A stretch of 64,000 nt of DNA, taken from Lytechinus pictus. Lineage: Eukaryota. The stretch spans positions 16,432,001 to 16,496,000 of the forward strand of contig NC_087245.1 in assembly GCF_037042905.1 (NCBI RefSeq), in the 5' to 3' direction. Of the stretch, positions 25,028 to 37,454 are shown piece after piece. Both the position numbers and the translations under genes were made by a program. Under the pieces are notes generated by a model. The model ran no database searches, had not been told where the DNA came from, and worked only from the letters and a program-made list of their open reading frames with translations. Position 1 is the stretch's first letter, and every line of letters starts with the position of its first letter.

Positions 25028-26467
25028 GACATTGAAGAAAAGCCCCCAACTTTGACTGTGAGTCCTCGTCGCAGTGGAAGGGTCAGAGTTCGCCAGAGCA
25101 AAGAAGGCGGCTTTAAATGCAGCATATGTCCATTTCGGTATCCTACCAAGGAGGCTGTTAAAATACATGAAGCTACACATCGATCTAAGGTACAGGTGTG
25201 TGAAAAATGTGACAAGGAGTTTGTGAATATAGAAGCACTGAAGGCCCACATCCGCTTTGTCCATGATAAGAAGTATGACTGCAGCGAATGCGACAAGAAG
25301 TTTGGCACCAAGTACCTTTTGATGCAGCACTTGCGGTCACACACCGGAGAGAAGCCTTTTCAATGTGACACCTGCAACAAAGCTTTCACAACTTCTTCAT
25401 CGCTAAAGGCACATCTTGAGAGTCATAACAGTACTCGCTCCTACCTGTGCCATGAATGTGGTGCTGCATACAGACGCAGGGACTGCTTAAAGCAACATAT
25501 ACTGCGATGCCACAAGACAGATCATGAATTCCAGTGTGAGTTGTGTGGAAAGAGCTACAAGTACCGCGAGTCACTGAAAAACCACTTAGAGCACCATAAG
25601 AATGTTGATGAAGGAAAGTGCCCTTATCAGTGCCACCTGTGCGGGAAAGGGTTCACAGTGGCTGCTACGCTGCAGCGTCACATGCAAACACATAGATCAG
25701 TTTTCCGGTGTCATACATGTGACCGCGAGTTCAGCCATCGTCATCACCTTAAGCGTCATTTGATTGTTCACACGGGAGAGAGACCCTTCATTTGCCCTCA
25801 TTGTGACAGGACTTTTGGGCTTCGGTCAACGCTTCTCACCCATTTACGACTTCATACTGGTGAGAAGCCTTACAAATGCAAGCTGTGTCCTATTGCTTTC
25901 CGACGCAACTACAGCTTGAAGAATCACATGAAGAAGGCCCATGCCATCGAAGTGCCTAAACGTGGTCCAGGTTCCTTACCCCTCAAGGTCAGTAACCAAG
26001 ATAATGTGCCTCCAGAAGTCCTGATGCAACTGCAGTTGCAAGAGGAAGAAGCAAATGCACAGATCAGGGGTGAGAAAGGTCTGTTGCCTGGAGCAGTTCC
26101 CATTGAGCTCACCGTTCATCAGATTGATTATGATGGCCAGGTTGAGCCAAATGTTGCCTACACCACCTCTGCAGAGGAATCGGTCGTTGCAAGTGAGCTC
26201 ATTGACAATGCAGACAGCCAACAGGCTGTGATGACTCTAGCAAACATGTCACACCAGTTGATGAATGTGCAACAGATGGAGGAGTTGCAGCAACAAGTTC
26301 AGCAGCAGCTGCAAGAAGCTGAAGGGGTTCAGCAACATGTACAAGAAGTTCACATACAACAGCTTGAAGATGGTACACAGACTGTTGAATATGTCACATT
26401 TCCTGTGAACTTCACCACTATCCCTACCTCAGAATCTGAACTAAAGGATGGGCAACTCATCCAATAA
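25028..26467 (+). CDS. Zinc-finger gene A, last exon: 10 C2H2 fingers plus Q/E-rich tail (full protein ~633 aa)
   Basis: Ten CxxC...HxxxH units, TGEKP/TGERP linkers; polypyrimidine+TAG acceptor at 25027 in phase 0. Confidence 0.95.
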   Translation, partial: DIEEKPPTLTVSPRRSGRVRVRQSKEGGFKCSICPFRYPTKEAVKIHEATHRSKVQVCEKCDKEFVNIEALKAHIRFVHDKKYDCSECDKKFGTKYLLMQHLRSHTGEKPFQCDTCNKAFTTSSSLKAHLESHNSTRSYLCHECGAAYRRRDCLKQHILRCHKTDHEFQCELCGKSYKYRESLKNHLEHHKNVDEGKCPYQCHLCGKGFTVAATLQRHMQTHRSVFRCHTCDREFSHRHHLKRHLIVHTGERPFICPHCDRTFGLRSTLLTHLRLHTGEKPYKCKLCPIAFRRNYSLKNHMKKAHAIEVPKRGPGSLPLKVSNQDNVPPEVLMQLQLQEEEANAQIRGEKGLLPGAVPIELTVHQIDYDGQVEPNVAYTTSAEESVVASELIDNADSQQAVMTLANMSHQLMNVQQMEELQQQVQQQLQEAEGVQQHVQEVHIQQLEDGTQTVEYVTFPVNFTTIPTSESELKDGQLIQ

Positions 26468-28738
26468 ATTGGACTCTTAGTACAAATGAATTTCATTCTT
26501 TAAATATACTGTTAAAGGAGAAATCCGACCTTGATTTAATTGGTTTTCAAAAGCATAGAAAATTTAGAAACTTGTCAATGAAGGTTTGATGAAATTTATC
26601 AAAGGATGATCAATTTCAGATTTATTTTTAGTCAAAGCTTCTATTTTCTCTCTCTCTCTTTCTCTCCAAAAAATATCTTTTCTTAATGTTGATTTTACCT
26701 GTGAGACATATTTTAGACACCTTGTTTAATACAAACCCGTAAACACAAATAGTATTTTGATGCACTTTGTCAGACTTTTATTAAAAGTTTGTTTCTTTCC
26801 TGCTTTGATTACAACCAACTTTCAAATCATGGGGACAGCATCAGAGCAGGAATTAGTTTGCAGGCACAAAAGTATGGTTTACTGAAACATGCTATAATAG
26901 CCTGAATTTTTAGACCACCATACTTGGGATAGCTTTCTTGGCACAGGGTTGTTTGCAAAATGCCCCATACATTTTGAAACTAAACTTGCAGTATTTCAAT
27001 GCAGCCCCCATGGATTTGGACTCTACAACAGTTAAGTTAGATCCTGGTATAAATCTGCCTCAGGGACACTGACTTTGTTCAGCCAGAGGTGTTTTTTTTT
27101 ATTTAAAAGAAAAAAATATATAGATTTGGTTGTAAATATTCTAATTGATACTATTCTACTGGTATTAGCCATGTCAAAAGTCTGTACTGTGTCTTTTGGC
27201 TGGAATCCAACTATGAAGGTGCTGTGCATCTGTTAATAGCAGCTTTCCCACATTCCTTGTTATTTTGTCTATGATAAAGCATTGGTAGTGAAATGCCGCT
27301 TGCGAGATTCCTGCGGGAAAGATGCACCTCGGACTATTGGCAAGTGCCTTCAATTGGTAAAAAGGGTAGATTGAGCTATTCTTATTTCTCCCAAGTAAAG
27401 GTTGTGCAATGTGATGAATCCTACAGACAGGAGTTGATGGATCACAGTCAATGTATTTTCACTCTACATTCAATATACATGTAGGTGTGGCGATATTCTT
27501 TCTAAACCATTATTCAACCCCTCATTTGAGCTATTTTTGGTACCGGTACATTTTCTGCCTTTTTGCTCAAATTAGGAACGAAATAACATCTATTTTACAT
27601 GTAAATAAGGCCTACATGTACATTTTTCTATAAAAAAAACTACAATTAAAGACAGCAAAATAAACTAACATTTTTTTATTTGTTTTCCTTTATTTTGGGG
27701 ACGAGTAAATTTTAGGTTCGGACCAGTAAAAAATTGAAAATCTGGGTATCTACATGTACTGGTCTGACATGAACAGGTTGGGCCAGTAGAAAAAAAGGTT
27801 AGTGTGGAACCCTGGATCTGCTTTTTAGTTTTACACTTGTGGTCAGAAAGACAAAATTGCCAACTACATCTACATGGAGGACCTTGAAAAAAAAAACTGA
27901 TTCAAAATCTTTGCTCTGGATGCCCTACCCCATGCCATGAACCATGGTGTGCTACATGTGCTATAACTAAATCCAGATTCACAGTAATTTTTTTATTACC
28001 AAAGAATTTTAATTTCCAAAGATAACTGATCTTCGGAAATTAGAAATCTTCTTGGTAAAGGTAAAGTCTAATATTTGTTAGAATTTGATTACTAGTAGTG
28101 GTATAGAATATATGCATTATGCTCATACTGTGGGAAAATAAAAAAATCAGAGTATGTCATTCAGCAACAGAAAATAAAATCACCAGTCCTGCAGATGTGA
28201 TGAACAGGAGCTGCATGACTTGCATGGATGATTTTTTTTTCTGCGATGAAAACAAATATTAAAGATAAAAAGTCATATTCCAACTTTTGATATCTGATTA
28301 GAATAAAAAAGATTGAAAATCTGAATACATACCCCCAAAACATATTTGTATTCCAGTCTTTTACAAAGCCATGCATAACCTGAAAAGATTAGTGAAACAA
28401 CATCTTGGTTTCAATAGATGCATAAAATATGAGATAAGAGATACATGATTAAGTCTGATTTTTTTAAATTAGCTGCTTTGTTATGTTAAGTAAATTCTAT
28501 AAATTACAATTTTTCATAGAAATTTGTATGAAAAATATGTCCTTTAATGAAAGTATGATTAATATTTGTTTTGTAATTTTTTTGAGAAAATTACATTTAA
28601 TGGAATATGTAACAGGGAGCTACTCCCATGTGACATCACAAATTGAAATTCAAAATATGTATAACGTTGTCATTCTTTGCTAGATTTTTGCCAAGCATTT
28701 AATTTTCTCTCCTTTTATGGTAACTTTTTAATGTCCTG

Positions 28739-28866
28739 GGTCCCTAACACAAAGGTTAGTGATTAATCGTACGCATGACTTTCACGATTGATTGTACATT
28801 GTAGTCAATGGAATCAATCGTAAAAATATGTTCTACGGTCTCTGCTAAGCTTTGTGTTACGGGCCC
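28739..28866. mobile_element. Harbinger-like MITE (~130 bp); second copy at 35587-35714
   Basis: Inverted ends GGTCCCTAACACAAAG / CTTTGTGTTACGGGCC; CTG on both flanks; dispersed second copy in reverse orientation. Confidence 0.7.
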
Positions 28867-30171
28867 CTGGTGAACTTCCCCTTTAAATGAGATTTGTACG
28901 TGTAGATAACTATGATGATACTTTTTTCTGACTGTCCACATGATAATAATCTGACACAATACAGATACTACCAGTAGTCATCGGGTGATTTCAAGTCCGG
29001 TGTTGGTGTTGAAATTTGGATTGCTTCCCCTAGCTCCAAAACCTATTCTGCGTTTGTACAGCTGATCCAGATCACACTATTGACATCTCAACAACTAGTG
29101 AATGACTTTACAGGGACATCTTCATTTTATGTTTGGTGTTATACTCGTATTAAAATTGACCGAACACCAACACCAAAAGGTAAACGCTGAAATTGAAGTC
29201 ACCCAATGAGTTTGTAAAGGCATAAACTTTTAACTCCATAAAGATGTGAATTATCCCAGTGATAAAGGTGAATTTACTATTGAAATTCAGAAATCTGTAG
29301 TGGATTTGGGTGGGGTGAACTTGAATGTATTCATAGAGTTGAGAAGTTTTGTTTGTAAATTCAAAATAAAAACATCTTTCTGTATGAACTGTTTTCACTT
29401 CAGTGGCATATTTAGGTGCAGATTGGGTGTCCCAAAAACATAAAAGATGAATGTATGAAAAAAAAATGAAAGGAAAACCCCTTCGAAGTTTGATCTGATG
29501 AAACACCATAAAAACTGGCAAGATGGTACTGTCAAAAGTTTGAAGGGGTAGGGCAGTTCAACTTGGCTGCCCATTTGGCCCTAGATATGCCACCGATGTC
29601 CTTTTCATCTCATATTTATGCTTAGAATTGTTTAAGTTTTTTTTTTTTTGAGAATGGCAGTTTGGTTTGATTGAATGTTGAATTTAAGGTTTCAGCTCCT
29701 GAGTTAACTTTTCCAATAATTTTTGGCGATCTCATGAAGGAAATTATCAAATGATTTCCCCGAGTGTAGCCTAATTTGAAATTTGTTGTAATTTTCGAAA
29801 GGTACATTTTCGTTGTAATTGGAAATGATTCTCTGGGTTCTGATCTATCTTATCAATGAGTATACATTATGAATGTAATGATTTTTGCTTTATATGTATC
29901 ACATCAGAATATCTTTAAGCGTAAGTGTGCCATGTTTGCACCAAGGAAAGGTGAAACTGTACCGTTTATGTGAAATGTTTTATTAGTTCATTCTGTAATT
30001 AATTTGCTTTTGATGTAGAAATATATAAAGCAATTAATAAAAACATCTTGGGTTTCCCTTTTGGTAATAAGTCATGCTATCTTTTTCCTGATAATTTATC
30101 TTTCCTCCAAAGTCTTATTCAGGTCAACTTGGAAGTGATGTTATTCCGTACTGCATGTACATGTACATTAA

Positions 30172-30768
30172 AGGACAAGTCCACCCCAACAAAAAGTTGA
30201 TTTGAATAAAAAGAGAAAAATCCAACAAGCATACCATTGAAAATTTCATCAAAATCGGATGTAAAATAAGAAAGTTATGACATTTTAAAGTTTCGCTTAA
30301 TTTCACAAAACAGTTATATGCACATCCTGGCTGGTATGCAAATGAGGAGACTATGACGTCATCCACTCACTATTTCTTTTGTATTACATGTACATTCTAC
30401 GAAATATGAAATATTCTAAATTTCTCCTCATTGTCAAGTGATACAACGATTAATTCCTTCCTGAACATGTGGAATTAGCATTGTTTAATACTATATTGTT
30501 CAGTCAAGATGGTCCTTATTGTGAAATCTGTAAAAAATGAAATATTGTATAATTCAAACAATAAAAAACAAAAGAAATAGTGAGTGATGGACATCATCCA
30601 CTGACTCACTTAGTTGTGCGTATCACTGTTTTGTGAAAAATAAGCGAAAATTAAAAATGTCGTAACTTTCTTATTTTACATCCGATTTTGATGAAATTTT
30701 TAGCACTATGCTAGTTTGATTTGTCTCTATCTATTCAAATCAGCATTTTCCTGGGGTGGACTTGACCT
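30172..30768. mobile_element. TTAA-targeting ~600-bp MITE (Kolobok-like), copy 1
   Basis: TTAA TSD, AGG...CCT termini, long imperfect TIRs; five copies in the window. Confidence 0.88.
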
Positions 30769-31109
30769 TTAATGCAAAATTCAGGAAAGTACAGGAGTGT
30801 GATATCCAGTGATATCTCTGAACATGTTTCAAAAACATAATTTGAGTAATTTTTATTCCCCTAGAGAATTAGACTGAGTAGGGTCATATTAGTTTGTATA
30901 GTGACTTATATAAAGCTTATAACTTGATGTGAAATCTTTGATATATTTTGAAATATTCATGTGTGGATTCTAACAATGTATTACATGTATATAAATATTC
31001 TGAGATCTGTACAGCAAATCACATTCCATTTGATATTAAAGTAATGTTGATGTGCATTCCATATGTGTACAACTCTTTCAATTCAAGACCTTTTTTGGTA
31101 AGATCTTAA

Positions 31110-31681
31110 ATGTCAAGTCCCCCCCCAGAAATTTTTGATGTGAATAAAGAGGAAAATCAAACTAGCATTACGCTGAAAATTTCATCAAAATTGGATGTAA
31201 AGTAAGAAAGTTATGACATTTGAAAGTTTTGCTAATTTTTCACAGTACAGTGATATGCAAATGAGACAGTTGATGATGCCCCTCACTCACTATTTCTTTT
31301 GTTTTCTATTGTTTGAATTATAAAATATATATTTTTTTTTACAGATTTGGCAATAAGGAGCAACCTGACTGAACCATATAGTATCAAACATTGCTAATTC
31401 CACATGTTCATGGAGGAATTATTTCACTTGACGATGAGGAGAAAATTAGAATATTTCATATGATAAAATACTAAAGAAATAGCGAGTGGATGACGTCATC
31501 AGTCTCATTATTTGCATACCGACCATGATGTGCAATACAACTGTTTTGTGAAATAAAGCAAAACTGAAAATGTCACAACTTTCTTATTTTACATCCGATT
31601 TTGATGAAATTTTCAGTGTTATGCTTGCTGGATTTTTCTCATTTTATTCAAATTAACTTTTTGTTGGGGTGGACTTGTCCT
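31110..31681. mobile_element. Kolobok-like MITE, copy 2 (opposite orientation to copy 1)
   Basis: TTAA flanks; homologous to 30172-30768. Confidence 0.85.
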
Positions 31682-31703
31682 TTAAGAATGATGAATCTGA
31701 TCA

Positions 31704-31821
31704 GGGCCCCACTGCATAAAAAGTTACAACTCTTCTGACTTTGCCATTGTGGCAACTACCATCAAAATCAAGGTTTCAATGGAAGTTACAGTAGTTGTGA
31801 GTCTTTATGAAACAGGCCCCC
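31704..31821. mobile_element. Degenerate Harbinger-like MITE
   Basis: GGGCCCC...CATAAA / TTTATGAAACAGGCCCC inverted ends. Confidence 0.45.
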
Positions 31822-33729
31822 GACCTGATCAGTTTGCAACAAATCATCAGCACTCAGATTGATTGAATCCTTCCATGAAGGGGGCTTTCGTTTTGAAAGA
31901 AGATGGGTATTACATTTTTTCCGTCAATTTTAAGGATGAGAATTTTCATTGATGTATATCACACGATCAAACACTGTAGTTACATGTATGTTTTTTTTAA
32001 GCACAATGCTGATTCAGACCAAAGATAGTTGTCAGAGTTGGAGCATACATGTGCAGACATTTCACCGTCATGCAAAAGGAATCCCTTTATGTGGAGGATA
32101 CCGCTGATGGTATGAAGTCTGGGACAAGAGAAAAGTGGTTTTGATGGGTCACAAGGAAAAGGTTTTACCATACTCGTCTACATGAGTGTGATAATATTTT
32201 AAAATAATTTAGATTGTATCCGGACTCAAATCTGTGCCAAAAAGCTGAAACCACATTTTGTCCCTAAGGGACTATACATGTATATAATATCTAAAAACTT
32301 GTTAATTTTCCTTATGTACATGTATATGATGGAGAGGATTCTATTATCAAGTTTGTTTTAATTTTTCACGAAAAAGGGGTTAACCTGGTTTCATTTTGAT
32401 GAAACAGTTATAGGCAAAGAGCAAGCTGATGATGTTCAAATTTCAAACTCCAAGAATGTTATGTGAAAGAACATAATTTCAGTAACTGATTTGGGGCAGA
32501 TTTCATATCCCCTGTAGTGACATTTAAAAATTAAATCAGTTTAATATACACACATTGTACCAATAATTCCCATCCCCTCCCCCTCCCCTAAAAAATTAAT
32601 ACATTTAATTTTTTTTTTATCACTCAATGTTCTGATTAAAGAAGACGGAAAACAATGTTTGTACTAATTAATCGTTTTTATTAATTCTACAAGACATATA
32701 CATGAAGTAAATTTTACAGTGTTCTTTATCAGTTACATTATCACAACAGACATACACACATACGCGCTGCTCTCTAGCACACAATCATTAGATATGATGA
32801 ATACAGCCTAGGCAATCGGTTTAGTACTTCTACATACAAATTCATCTCAAACAATTCATTCAGCTAATTCTAAATTTCAAGGATTATTTTCAAAAACATT
32901 TCTGATAAATTATTGAAAATGTGTAGAGTTCTCCCTGAATTAATGCTACATATTAGACCACACCGTACTATAAACAAACATCTACATACCTCTATACATA
33001 GTGGGACCAAAACCTCCATATAGCTTTAAGTGGTGACAGTATACACCTTGTGCTCTATCATTTTCCCCATAAACAGAGATATAGTCAATGAAAAACATAA
33101 GAAGTTGCAACAGTAAAATAACCATATAGACATCGGAGACTTTCAAAACTGTTGGTCGAGTTATATACATAGTTTTAAAAATAATCAAATGCATATGAAA
33201 TGATAAACATGTACATGCATATGCATTAAAAACTGCATGTATATATATAAAACAGAGTGTAAAAAAGAAACACATTTTTACCCCGAAAACTGCAGTTTTT
33301 AAACAAAAAATTATTGCTGAAACTAGGGCTCACCATGGCAATGAGATGAAAAAAAAAAAAAAGTAATTTCTGGAAAAACACAAAGGGTGATTATGATTAC
33401 AATAATCTTCAAAATAGTTTCCCCGAGTTTATAAAAAAAAAGGTTTTGGTCCCTACATAAAGTACAACATCATTATCACAATACATATTTTACACTTATA
33501 CACACTAAAAAACAAGGATATAAGAGATGTAACCTTTTGGCATAAAAGTCAATGGCAATGACCATACATATCAACATGTACATTAAAAAGGATATAAATT
33601 AGTAAAAACATGACTGTGGAAAGAATTGTGCTGAAATACAGAAAAATGTCAACTTTGTCTTGCACAAGAATTAAAATGCATGTACATGTACTACACAATA
33701 TTAGCTTTAAAATGCAATACAATGCCTCA

Positions 33730-34156
33730 GGGGCACTCTGGTGGTACGGGGACGTGCCACTTTGATGACCCCCTTTTCAGACCTACATGTAATTTTCCAG
33801 TTCTCTAGATACTCCGAATAAAGACAAAATTTCCATCGAGATCGAAGCCAACCCGCTCGCAAGACCCCCGTTACGAAACATCTCAGTTCCCCAGCCCTAC
33901 CAAAAATGCCCAGCACAACTCCCTCCGCTAGCAGCTCCATGCACCGCCAGCCTTCACATACATGCACAGTGCTTGCGTGCACCGTACTTACTGTACCGCG
34001 ATCCCGTTCCGTAGACCGTTTTTTCACACCACCCGGTTTATTTTTAGTTCTCAAGACCCCATATTTAACCCTTGTGGTCAGTTCCTTAGACCCCCATTTC
34101 GGGGTTTCGTGAGGCACACCCCGATCAAAATACAATTTGAGTGCCCCCCCCCCCCC
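33730..34156. mobile_element. CpG-rich interspersed element with GGGGCACTC / GAGTGCCCC inverted ends
   Basis: Inverted termini and an abrupt GC/CpG island in CpG-poor surroundings; class not determined. Confidence 0.5.
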
Positions 34157-35586
34157 AATGCAATGTACATATAAGCATATGAATTCAATTTAACAAAGAA
34201 GCAAGTTCAGTCATTTTCCTGTTTTTATTCACTGAACTTGCTAGCCAAATGGCAAAATGCTTTTAACTGTTATATTTTGCTTCCCATATAGCCAGACAGC
34301 ATTTAAAATTTAATATGCGATGAAAGCAATGTGTATCACAACCAGTGTATCACAACTTCCTGTTGAGTCATGCAAGGATGGAACTGTGTATGGTGTACAT
34401 GTACATTTACTGACAGCAAATACACAGATATGTATGAGTGGGCATTATGTACAGTAGTTTGAAATTAAAAAAAAAGTCCCATATATCTCCACACAAAAGG
34501 GCCATTACGATGATCCACATATCTCAGGTCTACATGTAAAAGGTACCATCAATTGTACAATTAAACATAACTGTATAAAGTCTATGGAAAACCATGTACA
34601 AAAACTTACAATCATACATTTCTATGTATATGCAATATACATATATTTATCTACATAGCTTTGTGAAATGAACATCCATGAATTCATTGCATTGGATTTC
34701 AGGAATTTCATTGGCACATCAATAAAGAGTTAAATACATTTTTACACAATTTAACCAATCAGAGTTGCTCATGAAAGGGGAAAAAAAATCATGTTTATAC
34801 ATAAATATTAATTGACTGATAGTGATATACTATAAAGACTAAAGCAATCAACAAGCAAATACATCATCATCTGCAAACTTGCAGAAAAACATGTGTCTTA
34901 GAAATATCCAAATATCTTTGTGACAGCATTCATAGTAACTTTGAAATATTGTGAGTTGCACAAAAGTATTCAATAACATAGAATAAATCATTTGTACAAA
35001 TTCATTCCATGTTAGACCATTATACAAGATGCAATTACACTTATTTACATACACATAAAATGTTCACATTTATACAATTTAAGAGTACCTTTAATTAATC
35101 AGAGGTATTTTCTTAATTCCTGCCCCCCCCCCTTTCACTAGCCTATAATGTACGCAGAGGCTGCAGCTTATTATATTTGCTGTTAGCTTAATGCAAGAAA
35201 CGTGTCTGATACAGAAGACTGTTGCGCCTATACACTCCGGTCTTGCGCAAGTTGTTTTCTTTTAATCAACCAGGATTAGGTCAGCTTATTTCATTACAAA
35301 AAACATACACTTGATATTTGTCAATTAATAAAAAATGCAAGATTAGAGTGTATAAAAGCGGTGGATGTTTAACAGGCACTGTGTGTAGTCTTCTGCATCA
35401 GACATATATGTCACGCTTAACAGCATCAGACTCGTAAAGGCAAATACAAAAGCAGCAGCCCCTGCCTAGATTATAGTCTGCCCTTTCACATTAATGTGTA
35501 CAATTATGTACCATAGGAACAATTTTAAGAGACATTTCATTACCATTCAAACTTACAGTAGCTTTTCATTTTTAGGATATTATAAC

Positions 35587-35714
35587 GCCCCGTAACACAA
35601 AGCTTAGCAATGATCGTAGAACGTTCTCTACTTTTGATTCCATTGACTACAATGTACAATCAATTGTGAAAATCAAGCGTACGATCAATCGCTAACCTTT
35701 GTGTTACGGGACCC
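35587..35714. mobile_element. Harbinger-like MITE, second copy
   Basis: Reverse-complement homolog of 28739-28866. Confidence 0.7.
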
Positions 35715-37454
35715 AGGGGTCATTTACTAACTGCTAAATATCAACAGTTATCTGCAATGCAATCAAAATTCATACACATAATTCAGCTATGTGAGCATAG
35801 AGTGCTGGGATGATCTAAGCCCCTTAGACTCCCATAACATCCCATCAAATTGTGTATCTTACCACAGTTTGTTACAACCCAGTACTATCCAACAGATAAT
35901 ATCCAATGCACAAATCAGGATCATTTAATTTCTGTACCAGAGATGCCAACCGTTATGGAATATTAATCAGATAATACATTGCAATGTGAATAACCAAACG
36001 GCTGAACTAATTGCTTTCTTACGAGACAAAATTACATGTTAACAATACTTTTTTGCTCAGTCATTCAATCGGGAAGTAAACACTGAATTTAAAGTAGAAC
36101 ACATTTCATTAATATTCCGTAAGTGTTGGCAACTCTGATGTACATATATCATCTGTACAGTATCATCAATTATCACCCTATAAATTTCCAACATGATTTC
36201 TTTAGAACACATAAATATCAAATAGTCAGGCATACAACTTGCTACATCTTACATGTACATAAATCTTATTGTTAACCCCATATACACTTTTTGGCCAGGT
36301 ATATGCATATTTCAGAACATTATCTTTATTTTATGACATAACCATTCATTTCATGAGAAAACTAATCAAGGTTTTCTATTTGGATTTGTTTGTGACAGCC
36401 ACCAGAAATTTTAGTATGCCAAAAACTTTGTGTAAATGTTCTGAAAAAAATATGTTCTAAACAACTAATATAGAGAAATACCATTTCCAAAGAATTGTAT
36501 GCTATGTTTTTTTTAACTATACTCAAACTGCAACAAATACTCCACATGTTTTGGACATCTCTTTTGGATTAAACTTCAAATAAACCAGAAATAGCAAATG
36601 GTACATTTGTACAAACACATTAACACAAGAAAATTAACAGAACACTTAGTCTATATGCATTCCACTGCAGTTATCAATAATGTAAAACTGATACATTATG
36701 CAAAATGTAAAACACAAGTCAAAAAAATGTAAAAATACATGTACATTTCACTAATTTTACAAATTAAGTTATTTGCACAGTAGATTTAAAATCTTATCAA
36801 CATTGAACTTTTGGTATTTACAAGCTGAAAGAAATTCATATATTCATAAATGAGGTACAAAAATTCTATAGGTTATGAAACTCCAACATAGTCAAGTTTG
36901 GAAAACAATGCAGTCCTGGCACATGTACAAATATGCATGTCAATATTGTGTAGAGATTTTTTTTCAAATTTTCTGTTCTTCTGTCACGTACTTCATTTTT
37001 TTTTTTGTTGATTTGCAGCCATGGGCATGAATTCCAAAGTGGACTTGTGAAAATAAGAGAAAATAATAAAACTTTCAGTTTTGTAATACATTGCTTCCTT
37101 CCAAACGATATTGAGTGACAGACCTAATACTGGTAATATACACTTACCAGCACATGAAAGATATTTTCAAATATTTACTTTGAATCTTCATAACAGACAC
37201 AAGTAACCTTTGTTTTTTTTCAAAAAGTGCCTGCATTAGGCTGCATACCTTTTTTGAGACCTAAAGAGCAATACGAAAGCAATTTTATTGTTGTACAGAT
37301 CACAAAACCTCCATACATAAAAGGAAGCACTCCATACTCCCAAAACGGTAATTCCATGAAGCGTAATATAACATAGGAAACTGCATGTATGTTCATCTAA
37401 TGCTTAAATTCTTGCTTTAAATACCAAGTTGTCTGAAACACATTATCTAAAATG

